From: Candidatus Omnitrophota bacterium
GTDB lineage: Bacteria; Omnitrophota; Gorgyraeia; Gygaellales; Profunditerraquicolaceae
Direction: 5' to 3'
Assembly (NCBI GenBank): GCA_026387255.1
Contig: JAPLMA010000109.1
Span: 1 to 52,557 of the forward strand
DNA length: 52,557 bases
The number at the start of each line of letters is the position of its first letter. The stretch's first letter is position 1. Position numbers and translations under genes: made by a program. The notes under the pieces were generated by a model. It made no database searches, had not been told where the DNA came from, and saw nothing but the letters and a program-made list of their open reading frames with translations. Positions 20,717 to 30,235 of the stretch are shown here, piece by piece.

Positions 20717-21958
20717 TTATGGTGTCATCGTAAAAATCTTATGCGCAATATCCGGATATTTAGCAATAAAATTCAGTTCATCATCAACCAGCGGCTTCTG
20801 ATTATGCACATTAGCATATCTAACCAACTCCAATATGCGCGTCGCCTCTGCGTCATCCTTAAAAGCCACCTCTAATTTTTCATAAACGTTACGGAAACCT
20901 TTGATTCCGGAATATTCTCCAGCAGTAATTTTTCTACCGGTTTCAACTATTTCTGGTTCCCCCCTCCCCAGCTCCTCAAAATCATAAAGCTCATAATTAC
21001 GCCTGTCCTTTAACGCACCGTCGGCATGAATTCCGGATTCATGGGCAAAAGCATTGGCTCCTACCCCCGGTTGGTTAATCGGGATGGGAACGCCAAAAGC
21101 ATAGGAAGCATATTTACAGATCTTCCAAGCCATCTTTAAATTTACTTTTTCATCTAAATTATAACCACTCATTCCTTGGCCATATTTAAGGGCTAAAATT
21201 ACCGAGACTAAATCCGCATTTCCTGCCCGCTCACCCATGCCATTTACGCAGGTATTAATATAAGAATCCACTCCAGCATCAGAAGCTGCCCTGGCGCCGG
21301 CAATCGAGTTAGCCACCACTAATCCTAAATCATTGTGACAGTGCACTTCAATCGGAAGCTGTACTTTTTTCGCCAATAATTCTATTCTTTCGTAAATACT
21401 AAAAGGCGTGTCCGTTCCCAAAGTATCACAATAACGGATTCTATCGGCACCGGCTATTTTAGCTTTAAGCGCAAACTCGATTAAGTATTCTAAATTCGTA
21501 CGCGAGGCATCTTCGGCATTTACACCGACACTGATTGCACCCAATTTTTTTGCCTCGCTAACTGCCTCCTGCATCTCCTGAATTACCGACTGATGATCAA
21601 GTTTGCCTTTAAATTTATGCACAATCATCTGATCACTAGTAGAAATAGAAAGGTTTAAATATTTCAAATCCGGCACCAATTTAAAAGCAGTTATTACATC
21701 ACCTTTTGTCGCCCGCAACCAACCACTTAATCGGATATTGGAAAATCCACCTAATTGGACTAATGCCAGATTGGCATTTAGATAATTTGTTTCATGCCGC
21801 GTAAGCGGAAAACCAAACTCCGATTGATATACACCCATCTGGTCAAGATACCAGTTGATCATAGTTTTCTGCAGCTTAGACAAACAAATTCGCGAAGTTT
21901 GCACTCCGTCACGGTTAGTTACATCCAATAAATAAATCTTTGATTTATGCGTCATCAT
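20717..21958 (-). CDS. HMGL-like (LeuA/NifV/CimA/Re-citrate synthase superfamily) acyl-CoA:2-oxoacid condensing enzyme, specificity unassigned
   Basis: DRE-TIM barrel signature HCHNDLGLVVANSIAG and HESGIH. The N-terminal motif is the atypical VTNRDGVQT rather than TLRDGEQ. No LeuA regulatory domain (413 aa). Confidence 0.65.
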   Translation of the reverse strand: MMTHKSKIYLLDVTNRDGVQTSRICLSKLQKTMINWYLDQMGVYQSEFGFPLTRHETNYLNANLALVQLGGFSNIRLSGWLRATKGDVITAFKLVPDLKYLNLSISTSDQMIVHKFKGKLDHQSVIQEMQEAVSEAKKLGAISVGVNAEDASRTNLEYLIEFALKAKIAGADRIRYCDTLGTDTPFSIYERIELLAKKVQLPIEVHCHNDLGLVVANSIAGARAASDAGVDSYINTCVNGMGERAGNADLVSVILALKYGQGMSGYNLDEKVNLKMAWKICKYASYAFGVPIPINQPGVGANAFAHESGIHADGALKDRRNYELYDFEELGRGEPEIVETGRKITAGEYSGIKGFRNVYEKLEVAFKDDAEATRILELVRYANVHNQKPLVDDELNFIAKYPDIAHKIFTMTP

Positions 21959-21969
21959 CTCATCTCCCC

Positions 21970-23754
21970 CTATTTCTTTAATGTTTTCCTAAGCTCCTCT
22001 TTAGACGGCACACCGCGGGAAGAAAAAATCTCTTGATTATTCAAAAGATAGCTTGGTCCAAAAGAAATCTGCAGTTTTCTATTTAAACTAGTATTTTCTC
22101 TAAACAAAGATACACCTTCCGGACCCCGAGCGCAGGTTTTTACGCTTTGCGCATCTAATCCCCCAAGGCAATCCTCCCAATAAGCACTTTTAATATGCTC
22201 AGACCGGCAGATTAAATAATCCCAAAATTTTTCCGGGTAATATTTCTGCACACACACCGCACGTAAATATTCTTCTTCGTCGGAAACAACATTCTTGCCA
22301 GGCAAACTTTGTTCATTTTCTGTGGTCAAAAAATGTAAACTCGGATTAAATACTTTCATCGTGGTTAACAACAAAGTAGCGTCTTTTTCAAAGAGATTAA
22401 AAAATAAATCGAAATTCCCTTTCTTTGGTGTTTGATTCAAAAAATAAGATATTCCGCTTGCCTGCGGCTTAAATAAATAAAAATCATTAATTAACTGTAA
22501 ATCACTCTTCATGCTCTCGAAATTATCTTGGCTTTCAACTGACCGGGGAAAAATATACGCCGGTAAAACCTGCAGCGATAAATCCTTAATCATTTTCTGC
22601 GCCGAAGAGCCCGGATAATTCAACAATTTAATAATTAACCCGGGAAACTTCTTTCTCAGTAAATTTATAACCGGCTCAATATTACAAGTAACGCAATCTT
22701 TTACGTTAATAATAAATAAGTCTATTCTTTCTGGCTTGGTAAATAAACAGGCAGCATTTAATGCGCCCGGATTTTGGCAAATTCCCACTAAATTTTTCGC
22801 TTTACAATTAAGATCGGAGTAACAACGCGGCAAGATCCGCGCAATATCAGAATCATCTTTAAGGTTATCTGATAAAGATAACTCATCAACTGTACAATTT
22901 GAAAGCTTACCATCTTGAATTTTTAAAGTTAACTTTCCCAGCTTACGTCCCTGCCAGACTGGACGTAGAATAAAGGTTGTCTGAATCTTAGTCAGGGCTT
23001 CTTCCTTTAACGGTTTATCTCCGACAAAAATTATATCAATACCTTTTGTTTTAGAAATTAATTTTAAATCTTCACTCTCCCCTTGAGTACTCAAAGCAAT
23101 CAAAACCTGCACGCCTGTATTTTTTAGACGGCTGACTAACTCATTAATTTGGCTGGGCGCACTAATTTTTAATCCTTCTGCTTTTTGGTTAGCGGATAAA
23201 CCGGTTAACCCGATAATCGCGATCTTAACCCCGCCACAATCTTTGATTATATAAGGAACAACTTTATCTGTATCTAAATTAACACTTAAGAAAGCTGGAT
23301 TAGCTTTTTTAGCATTTTTTAGAAAGAAATCCCTGCCAAAATTAAATTCATCCGGACTGATACCTACAGCATCATAGCGCATAAGCTCTAAAGCTTTATA
23401 ATTAACCTCAGAACGCTGCATATCTAACTGAATATTCTGAGTATATTCATCCAGCTGACCGCCAGCAGTAAAGTTACCACAATCTAAAAGCAGCAATTTG
23501 GGATATTTGTTTCTTAATTCCTTGACCAGGGTAGCTCGACGGCTAATACCTCCATCCTGCCGGATAGGACAGCTACAGGGATAAAGCATAGCATGCGTCT
23601 GGCCGGTATATAAAATAATAACTTCCTTGGCATAACCAGGGACAGAAAAACAGAGGGCAGAAAACAGAAGACAGAAAGACCAAAAAATCCGTCTTCGGTT
23701 TTCGGTCTTCTGGCTCTTCTCTTCGGTTTTCGGTCTTCTGGCTCTTCTTATCAT
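21970..23754 (-). CDS. Secreted protein: degenerate 5'-nucleotidase/metallophosphoesterase-like N-domain plus C-terminal thioredoxin-like CxxC modules
   Basis: Signal peptide FWSFCLLFSALCFSVPGYA. The order ILYTGQTHAMLYPCSCP...LLLDCGNFTAGG...GISPDEFNFG...IIGLTG...IIFVGD mirrors UshA-type phosphoesterases, but the metal ligands are substituted. The C-terminal part has VKDCVTCN. Start ATGA overlaps the serA stop. Confidence 0.4.
   Translation of the reverse strand: MIRRARRPKTEEKSQKTENRRRIFWSFCLLFSALCFSVPGYAKEVIILYTGQTHAMLYPCSCPIRQDGGISRRATLVKELRNKYPKLLLLDCGNFTAGGQLDEYTQNIQLDMQRSEVNYKALELMRYDAVGISPDEFNFGRDFFLKNAKKANPAFLSVNLDTDKVVPYIIKDCGGVKIAIIGLTGLSANQKAEGLKISAPSQINELVSRLKNTGVQVLIALSTQGESEDLKLISKTKGIDIIFVGDKPLKEEALTKIQTTFILRPVWQGRKLGKLTLKIQDGKLSNCTVDELSLSDNLKDDSDIARILPRCYSDLNCKAKNLVGICQNPGALNAACLFTKPERIDLFIINVKDCVTCNIEPVINLLRKKFPGLIIKLLNYPGSSAQKMIKDLSLQVLPAYIFPRSVESQDNFESMKSDLQLINDFYLFKPQASGISYFLNQTPKKGNFDLFFNLFEKDATLLLTTMKVFNPSLHFLTTENEQSLPGKNVVSDEEEYLRAVCVQKYYPEKFWDYLICRSEHIKSAYWEDCLGGLDAQSVKTCARGPEGVSLFRENTSLNRKLQISFGPSYLLNNQEIFSSRGVPSKEELRKTLKK
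23693..23748 (-). repeat. Perfect 28-bp tandem duplication (2 copies) immediately after the start codon of the 594-aa gene
   Basis: cttcggttttcggtcttctggctcttct at 23693-23720 and again at 23721-23748, identical and verified base by base. Confidence 0.95.
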
Positions 23755-25337
23755 GTCCTGATTATCTTTACCGTAAGAATATTTTCCAATAGTTTTATTT
23801 TATCCTGAATTTCCGGGCTGACCTGATGATCTACACTCCATACACTAATCGCTTTATCACCGGGTTTGTTGCGGCCCAAGGCCATAGCGGCAATATTTAT
23901 ACCATTCTTTCCCATAAGTGTACCAAGATTTCCGATTAAACCCGGCTTATCTAAGTTACGGATAAAAATCATTTCACCGACCGGATAGAGATCCAAATAA
24001 TAGTCGTCGATTTTAACAATTCTGGGCTGCTTATTACCAGAAAGTGTCCCCAGAATTGACTTAGTTTCTTTATCTGTTTTAATCTCTAACTGAATAAGAT
24101 TTACAAATTCGCCTTCTTGGCCGGATTTTGACTCCAGCAGTTTTATTCCTCTTTCTTTAAGTAAAGATACGCCATTAACAAAATTAACGGTTTCCTTTAA
24201 TATCGGAGTAAGTATACCTTTAACTAACGCCATAGTCAGGGGGCTTAAATTATATTTAGTAATTCCTCCGCTATAACTTATGGTTAACTCCATAAACCTG
24301 CCTTCGACTAATTGCGCAGCAAACATCCCTAATTTTTCTCCCAAATTAATATAAGGATTAAGCATATTGCAGGTCTCTGCATCTAAACAAGGGTAATTTG
24401 CAGCATTGCGGATTCCTTTGCCTAAAAGCGCATCGCGTACAATTTCAGCAACTTCAATGGCGACGTTAATCTGCGCTTCCTGGGTAGATGCGCCAAGATG
24501 CGGAGTAGTAATAACATTGTCTAATTTTAACAATTCACTATTCGGCTCCAGCGGCTCAGTTTCAAAAACATCCAGCGCAGCTGCAGCTACCTTGCCCTCT
24601 TTTACCGCCCTGGCTAAAGCAGCCTCATCAATAATTCCGCCACGTGCGCAGTTTATAATCCGCACGCCTTTTTTCATAATTCCAAACTCTTTGTCTGAAA
24701 TCATATGCCTGGTCTCCTCAGTTAAAGGAGTGTGCACCGTAATATAGTCAGACTCAAGTAGAACTTTTTTTAATTCTGAGATTTCTACCCCAATATCTTC
24801 GGCTACTTGAGCGGACAGAAAAGGATCAAATGCTAAAACCTTCATGCCGAATGATTTTGCCCGCTTAGCAACCTCTGAACCAATCCTGCCGAATCCGACA
24901 ATCCCTAAAACTTTATTGTATAATTCTACCCCCATAAATTTAGAGCGCTTCCATTCGCCTTTTTTCATCGAGGCATTGGCCTGAGCAATATTCCTGGATA
25001 AAGTCAAAATCATACTAAAGGTATGTTCAGCGGTAGAGATCGTATTTCCCGCCGGGGTATTCATTACGATAATCCCTTTTTGTGTTGCCGCTTCCAAATC
25101 TACATTATCTAAACCCACGCCTGCCCGCCCGATAACCTTAAGCCTCGATGCTGCCTGAATTATCTCTTTGGTCACTTTAGTCGCACTGCGCACCACTAAA
25201 GCATCATAATCCTTAATAATCTCTTTTAAGGCTTCTGGTTTTAAGTCTATTTTTACATCAACGCTTAATTCTTTAGAATCTTTAAATACCTTTAAGCCTT
25301 CCTCGCTTAATGCATCACTAACCAGAATTTTAATCAT
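23751..25337 (-). CDS. serA: D-3-phosphoglycerate dehydrogenase (long form with ASB and ACT domains)
   Basis: NAD motif GIVGFGRIGSEVA, catalytic region CARGGIIDE...HLGAST, about 530 aa with a C-terminal ACT-like tail. The ATG at 25337 (MIKILVSD) has GGAGA 8 nt upstream. The track start at 25352 is also possible. Confidence 0.93.
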   Translation of the reverse strand: MIKILVSDALSEEGLKVFKDSKELSVDVKIDLKPEALKEIIKDYDALVVRSATKVTKEIIQAASRLKVIGRAGVGLDNVDLEAATQKGIIVMNTPAGNTISTAEHTFSMILTLSRNIAQANASMKKGEWKRSKFMGVELYNKVLGIVGFGRIGSEVAKRAKSFGMKVLAFDPFLSAQVAEDIGVEISELKKVLLESDYITVHTPLTEETRHMISDKEFGIMKKGVRIINCARGGIIDEAALARAVKEGKVAAAALDVFETEPLEPNSELLKLDNVITTPHLGASTQEAQINVAIEVAEIVRDALLGKGIRNAANYPCLDAETCNMLNPYINLGEKLGMFAAQLVEGRFMELTISYSGGITKYNLSPLTMALVKGILTPILKETVNFVNGVSLLKERGIKLLESKSGQEGEFVNLIQLEIKTDKETKSILGTLSGNKQPRIVKIDDYYLDLYPVGEMIFIRNLDKPGLIGNLGTLMGKNGINIAAMALGRNKPGDKAISVWSVDHQVSPEIQDKIKLLENILTVKIIRT

Positions 25338-25338
25338 T

Positions 25339-26487
25339 TTATCTGTCTCCATATTTTAGGAATACCTCTTCGGCTGCACTAATACCTGTACCTAAAGTAA
25401 ATTTATAGCCCATTTGAGTAAGTACTTTTTCCAAACAGGACAACCCTATAATAATATCAGATTCAGCAATAAATCCCATATGCGCAATGCGGAAAACCTT
25501 GCCTTTTAATTCATCCTGGCCTCCGGCAATGGTTACTCCATAAGTATCACGCATGGTTTTTACTAACTTTTCTCCGTCGATACCCGCAGGAACTTTCACC
25601 GCAGTAACTCCATCTGAAGCAGCGGTTGGCGCAAATAATTCCAGGCCCAGAGCTATCATTGCCGAGCGTGTGGCATTAGCCATAGCTTTATGACGTTTAA
25701 ATATATTTTCTAAACCATCTTCCTGCATCATTTTTAAAGCTTCATTTAAAGCAACAATCAAAGTAATTGAGGATGTAAAAGGCGTATCATTTTTATCCAA
25801 TGCTTTTTTTGCTTTTCTCAAGTCCAGATAATATCGGCTGGATTTGGAAGCTTCCACTAACTTCCAGGCTTTAGGGCTAACGCTAATAAATCCTAATCCC
25901 GGAGGCAACATCAGGCCCTTCTGGGAACCGGCCACTACCACATCCACCCCCCAAGCATCAGTCTTTAAATCCACGGCGCCTAATCCACTTATTGCATCGA
26001 CCACTAAAACAGCGGAGCTTTCTTTTACTATTCCAGCAATTACCGCTATATCATTATCCACACCCGTAGAAGTTTCACAAAGAGTAGTAAATACTGCTTT
26101 TATCTGCGGATTAGATTTTAATCTTCTTTTAATTTCCTCTGGGCTCACTGCCTTTCCCCACTCCACATCAATAATCTCCGGATTAATCCCGTAGGCTTTG
26201 GCAATCTCCGTCCATCTTTCTCCAAACTTACCTCCCTGCACCACTAAAGCATGATCCCCGGCTGAAAGCAAATTTATTACCGCTGCCTCCATTGCTCCGG
26301 TTCCGGAAGAAGAAATAATAAAAACGTCATTTACCGTCTGAAAAACTAATTTTAATCCCAGGCTTGCTTCTTTTAAAATCTCCTGAAATTGCGGAGTGCG
26401 GTGATGGATGATCGGCTTAGCCATGGCCAAACTAATCTGTGGCGGTAATGGGGTGGGACCGGGTGTTAATAAATATTCTTTTTTCAT
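25339..26487 (-). CDS. Class-V pyridoxal-phosphate aminotransferase (serine-glyoxylate / phosphoserine aminotransferase type)
   Basis: LLTPGPTPLP N-terminus, PLP-lysine region AGSQKGLMLPPG, 382 aa. Adjacent to serA, suggesting the phosphoserine aminotransferase role. Confidence 0.8.
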   Translation of the reverse strand: MKKEYLLTPGPTPLPPQISLAMAKPIIHHRTPQFQEILKEASLGLKLVFQTVNDVFIISSSGTGAMEAAVINLLSAGDHALVVQGGKFGERWTEIAKAYGINPEIIDVEWGKAVSPEEIKRRLKSNPQIKAVFTTLCETSTGVDNDIAVIAGIVKESSAVLVVDAISGLGAVDLKTDAWGVDVVVAGSQKGLMLPPGLGFISVSPKAWKLVEASKSSRYYLDLRKAKKALDKNDTPFTSSITLIVALNEALKMMQEDGLENIFKRHKAMANATRSAMIALGLELFAPTAASDGVTAVKVPAGIDGEKLVKTMRDTYGVTIAGGQDELKGKVFRIAHMGFIAESDIIIGLSCLEKVLTQMGYKFTLGTGISAAEEVFLKYGDR

Positions 26488-26500
26488 TTTTGCTTTCTCC

Positions 26501-26572
26501 TGTCATTCCCGCGGAAGCGGGAATCTATCTTTTTTAGATCCCCACTTTCGTGGGGGATGACGCTTCGCGTCA
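26501..26572 (-). repeat. REP-like intergenic element made of three consecutive short GC-rich hairpins
   Basis: attcccgc-ggaa-gcgggaat (26505-26524), ccccac-tttc-gtgggg (26540-26555), tgacgc-ttc-gcgtca (26558-26572, overlapping the clpP stop). Confidence 0.7.
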
Positions 26573-27181
26573 CTTCTTCTTAGCTTCCGGTAAAATTACC
26601 TCATCAATCAGACCATAATCTTTTGATTCCTGAGCAGACATAAAATAATCTCGATCCGTATCTTTCTGTATTTTATCTAACGACTGACCGGTATGTGCAC
26701 TAAGGATCTCATTAAGCCGATCGCGCAGCTTTAAAATCTCTTTGGCCTGAATAGAAATATCCGCGGCCGCTCCCTGTACTCCGCCCCATGGCTGATGAAT
26801 CATCACTCTGGAATTAGGAAGCACAAAACGTTTTCCTTTAGTTCCTGCCGATAATAAAACTGCGCCCATACTGGCTGCTTGGCCCACGCAATAGGTAGCA
26901 ACATCGCATTTTATAAATTGCATGGTATCATATATCGCCAACCCCGCAGTAACCGAGCCTCCGGGCGAATTAATATAAACATTAATATCTTTATCCTTAT
27001 CTTCCATTTGTAAAAAAAGTAACTGGGCAATCACCAAATTTGCCACATAATCATCGATTGGCGTGCCAATAAATAAAATCCGGTCCTTTAAAAGACGCGA
27101 ATAAATATCATAGGCGCGTTCAAAACCACGCGTGGTCTGTTCAATTACCATAGGAACCAATGTCTGCATTTTTGTTTGCAT
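26570..27181 (-). CDS. clpP: ATP-dependent Clp protease proteolytic subunit
   Basis: [14 protein letters not shown], catalytic Ser region [16 protein letters not shown]. Strong SD AAGGAGG before the ATG. Confidence 0.97.
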   Translation of the reverse strand: MQTKMQTLVPMVIEQTTRGFERAYDIYSRLLKDRILFIGTPIDDYVANLVIAQLLFLQMEDKDKDINVYINSPGGSVTAGLAIYDTMQFIKCDVATYCVGQAASMGAVLLSAGTKGKRFVLPNSRVMIHQPWGGVQGAAADISIQAKEILKLRDRLNEILSAHTGQSLDKIQKDTDRDYFMSAQESKDYGLIDEVILPEAKKK

Positions 27182-27193
27182 GTTATCCTCCTT

Positions 27194-28072
27194 TTAAGAA
27201 ACTAGCTGCCAGTTGGCTTCTCTTAGTAAAAATTCCATTACTTTAGCCGGCATGTGATCATCAATCACAATATTTTCTTTTTTGGCAATCTGAGATAGAA
27301 TCAAATAGACCTTAACCTGTTTTGCGGCTTCCGGCTGGATCCCTTCTAAGAGTAATTTTTCCTGCTCATCGATTTTATCCCGGGGCAAACCTTTCATCGC
27401 AAGATCAATTTTAGTCTGTCTAAGCATATCCAGAGTCTGACGCTCCACCAAAGCGCCCGGCAGCTTAAACTCCAAACCTTTGGATATATTTTCAATTAAC
27501 TCATTTTCAATCCGCTGGCGCTGCTGATTCTCCTTGGTAATAAAGATCTGCCTTTCTACCGCCTTCTGAAATTCTACTAAATTAGGATACCCCAAAGAGC
27601 GGCTGAATTGATCATCCAGAGTTTCAACTTTGCGCGATTCTTTAACCGAATCAATCTGTTTCTTGACTTCGTCGCTGGAAACCGAAACGGCCTTGTAATT
27701 TATTAATTGATGCCTATAGTTCTTAACGGCAATCTCAGGAGTAACTTCAACGGTAGCCTTAAAAGAAAGGCTGCTACGCTCAAGCTTTACATCGGTAATC
27801 TGCGGCAACTCGATGACATCAAGTTTTTCTGCCGCAATCGCTTGATTATAAATATCCGGAACCAATTCCTTTAAAACTTGTTCATGCACGCTAGAAGCAT
27901 AATGTTTTTCCAGAACGTCTCTGGGCGCTTTGCCCGGACGAAAACCCGGAACCTTGGCCTCTTTGGCAATTTGAGCAAAAACCTCCTCAAATTTATTTTT
28001 AACCAGCTCTCCGCTTACCGCGACATTAACTTCACACTTAGTGCTATCCAATTTCTTAACTTCGGTTTTCAT
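27194..28072 (-). CDS. tig: Trigger factor lacking the FKBP/PPIase domain
   Basis: Ribosome-binding signature GFRPGKAP at aa 43-50. The N-domain joins directly to the C-terminal chaperone arms. 292 aa versus about 430 aa for canonical TF. tig-clpP synteny. Confidence 0.8.
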   Translation of the reverse strand: MKTEVKKLDSTKCEVNVAVSGELVKNKFEEVFAQIAKEAKVPGFRPGKAPRDVLEKHYASSVHEQVLKELVPDIYNQAIAAEKLDVIELPQITDVKLERSSLSFKATVEVTPEIAVKNYRHQLINYKAVSVSSDEVKKQIDSVKESRKVETLDDQFSRSLGYPNLVEFQKAVERQIFITKENQQRQRIENELIENISKGLEFKLPGALVERQTLDMLRQTKIDLAMKGLPRDKIDEQEKLLLEGIQPEAAKQVKVYLILSQIAKKENIVIDDHMPAKVMEFLLREANWQLVS

Positions 28073-28084
28073 CTATTTCCTTTC

Positions 28085-28807
28085 TTACATGCGGAATTTC
28101 TCACCCAAATAAACCTGGCGCGCCTGCGGATGATTAATCAGTTCATGCGCCGTTCCTGAAACAAGAATTACGCCATCTGAAATTAAATACGCTCGGTCAG
28201 TAATAGCCAGAGTTTCGCGTACATTATGATCAGTTAATAAAATACCCAAACCCTTGGCTTTTAATTCTTTGATAATCTCCTGCGCTTCATTAACCACAAT
28301 CGGATCGATCCCGCTAAATGGCTCATCCAGAAGTATGAAAGAAGGATTAGTTACCAACGCCCGGGTAATCTCCAGTCTTCGTCTTTCACCGCCGCTTAAA
28401 GTATAAGCTTTATTTTTAGCTAAATGCGCAATATTTAACTCTTCCAATAAAGAAGCCAACCTGCGTTTTCTCTCTGAGCGACTCAAAGATAATGTTTCTA
28501 AAATTGCAATTATATTTTCTTGGACCGTCAGCTTACGAAATATTGAAGCTTCTTGCGACAGATATCCAATACCAAAACGTGCACGCTCATGAATCGCCAT
28601 ATTGGTAATCTCATGATTATCAAAAACAATCGTGCCCTTATTTGGGGCAACAATACCTACGATCATATAAAAAGTAGTCGTCTTGCCGGCACCATTAGGC
28701 CCCAGGAGCCCCACAATCTCTCCGCGCTTAACCGTGATATCCACGCCTTTTACTACCTGGCGGCCGTCATAAGATTTAGCTAAACCTTTAGTTTCCAGAA
28801 GCTGCAT
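28085..28807 (-). CDS. lptB: LPS export ABC transporter ATPase LptB
   Basis: Walker [10 protein letters not shown], signature [11 protein letters not shown], Walker B ILLDEP, 240 aa, adjacent to an OstA-fold gene. Confidence 0.9.
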   Translation of the reverse strand: MQLLETKGLAKSYDGRQVVKGVDITVKRGEIVGLLGPNGAGKTTTFYMIVGIVAPNKGTIVFDNHEITNMAIHERARFGIGYLSQEASIFRKLTVQENIIAILETLSLSRSERKRRLASLLEELNIAHLAKNKAYTLSGGERRRLEITRALVTNPSFILLDEPFSGIDPIVVNEAQEIIKELKAKGLGILLTDHNVRETLAITDRAYLISDGVILVSGTAHELINHPQARQVYLGEKFRM

Positions 28808-29699
28808 TAATATTCTCCGTTTGGTAAATAATTATTTGGGGTTTACCGGTTAAAGTTATTTTTTTATCGATAGCCGTATAAATTGCTTCCTGACTATAAG
28901 AAATATTTTCACCGCGCAATATCCGCACATTTCCTAAAGCGACAATCTTATTTACGGAACTAGATAAAACTGCCGGCCCCTTAGCCAATGCATTATTTTG
29001 TTGTTTAGCCGTAAAATAAACCTGCATTTTATCACTGTAAATTGTTAAATCCGATTTTTCTACTTTAACATTATTATTAAATATGGCAATATTTTTTTCA
29101 TAATCTACATCCAGCGGCCCATCACAGGTAATCAGGATCTTTTCTTTTTTATTAACTTGCAAATCTCGCGCTTGAATATCCAGGCGTATATCTTTCTCTA
29201 ACATAATCTGCTTTAATCCGGTTTTGCCTAAAGCGCCTTGGCCGGAAAGATTCATATCCGCACGTGAAAGATTAACTTTATCCAAAGTGCTAACAATCTG
29301 TTGCTTGCGATCCCAATCCAGAGTATCGGTAGTAAGCTTCGAGCCGCTAGCTGTAGTAATTACGACATTATCCTGTAAATGCACCAGGCCGCTTTGCTTG
29401 TTAAAATCCCCCTTATCTGCGGTCAGATTAATCACATCATTCTGCCCATAATTATTGCCCACTACTTTTTTTAGTTTAACCACCTCGCTAAATATATCTG
29501 CAGATTTGCCGGCCAGATCCCAGGATTTTTTCCCTTTATCTCCAAATCCGGAAAGAGAAAAATCTCCGATCTGCTGATCAGATTCCTTGGTCTCTTTAAC
29601 TGCCAAAGGCGGTTTTATTTCATTAACTTCAACTGCTGTCAGATGAGCACAGGTAAGAAATAAAAAACCAAAAGTTAAAACTATTTTTTTATACCCCAT
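28788..29699 (-). CDS. Two-module OstA-fold protein (LptC-like N-module + LptA-like C-module)
   Basis: N-terminal anchor/signal. The first module has FSLSGF...[10 protein letters not shown]...LTADKGDFN...[11 protein letters not shown]. The second has [24 protein letters not shown]...[10 protein letters not shown]...ALGNVRI. The size (303 aa) is close to LptC plus LptA. Confidence 0.6.
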   Translation of the reverse strand: MGYKKIVLTFGFLFLTCAHLTAVEVNEIKPPLAVKETKESDQQIGDFSLSGFGDKGKKSWDLAGKSADIFSEVVKLKKVVGNNYGQNDVINLTADKGDFNKQSGLVHLQDNVVITTASGSKLTTDTLDWDRKQQIVSTLDKVNLSRADMNLSGQGALGKTGLKQIMLEKDIRLDIQARDLQVNKKEKILITCDGPLDVDYEKNIAIFNNNVKVEKSDLTIYSDKMQVYFTAKQQNNALAKGPAVLSSSVNKIVALGNVRILRGENISYSQEAIYTAIDKKITLTGKPQIIIYQTENINAASGN

Positions 29700-30231
29700 A
29701 AAACTCTAAAACATCCTTCCACTTGCCTTGCGCTTTAAGAATTAACTCGGCCACCTCCCTGACGGCACCCCGGCCACCCCGACAATCAGTGACATAAGCT
29801 GCTGCCTCTTTAATATCGGGCGAGGCATTGGCGACAGCTACCGGTAAACCGATTTTACGCATCAGCGATAAATCCACCAAATCATCCCCCACAAAACAAA
29901 TCTCCTCAACACTCAAGTGGTATTTCTTAAGAATTTTATCCAAAACCGCAGTCTTAGGGAAAATATCCGCAAAAACTTCAGCCACGCGCATATCTTTTGA
30001 GCGCGGCGAAATAGTTTTGGAATTTTTAGCCGTAATGATCACTGTCTTAATTCCGAATTTTCCTAAACAATAGACACCTAACCCGTCATGTACATCAAAA
30101 AATTTAGAGTCCTTACCGCTAGAATCATAAATTATTCTACCGTCCGTTAAAACTCCGTCAACGTCCAAAAGGAGCAGTTTGACTTTTCTAAAACGTGCAA
30201 TTAACTCTTCTTTAATTAACTCCCCAGACAT
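29689..30231 (-). CDS. kdsC: 3-deoxy-D-manno-octulosonate 8-phosphate phosphatase KdsC
   Basis: HAD motif LLLLDVDGVLTDGRI, FDVHDGLG, GDDLVDL, 180 aa. kdsD-kdsC-lpt synteny. Confidence 0.88.
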   Translation of the reverse strand: MSGELIKEELIARFRKVKLLLLDVDGVLTDGRIIYDSSGKDSKFFDVHDGLGVYCLGKFGIKTVIITAKNSKTISPRSKDMRVAEVFADIFPKTAVLDKILKKYHLSVEEICFVGDDLVDLSLMRKIGLPVAVANASPDIKEAAAYVTDCRGGRGAVREVAELILKAQGKWKDVLEFYGV

Positions 30232-30235
30232 ATTT

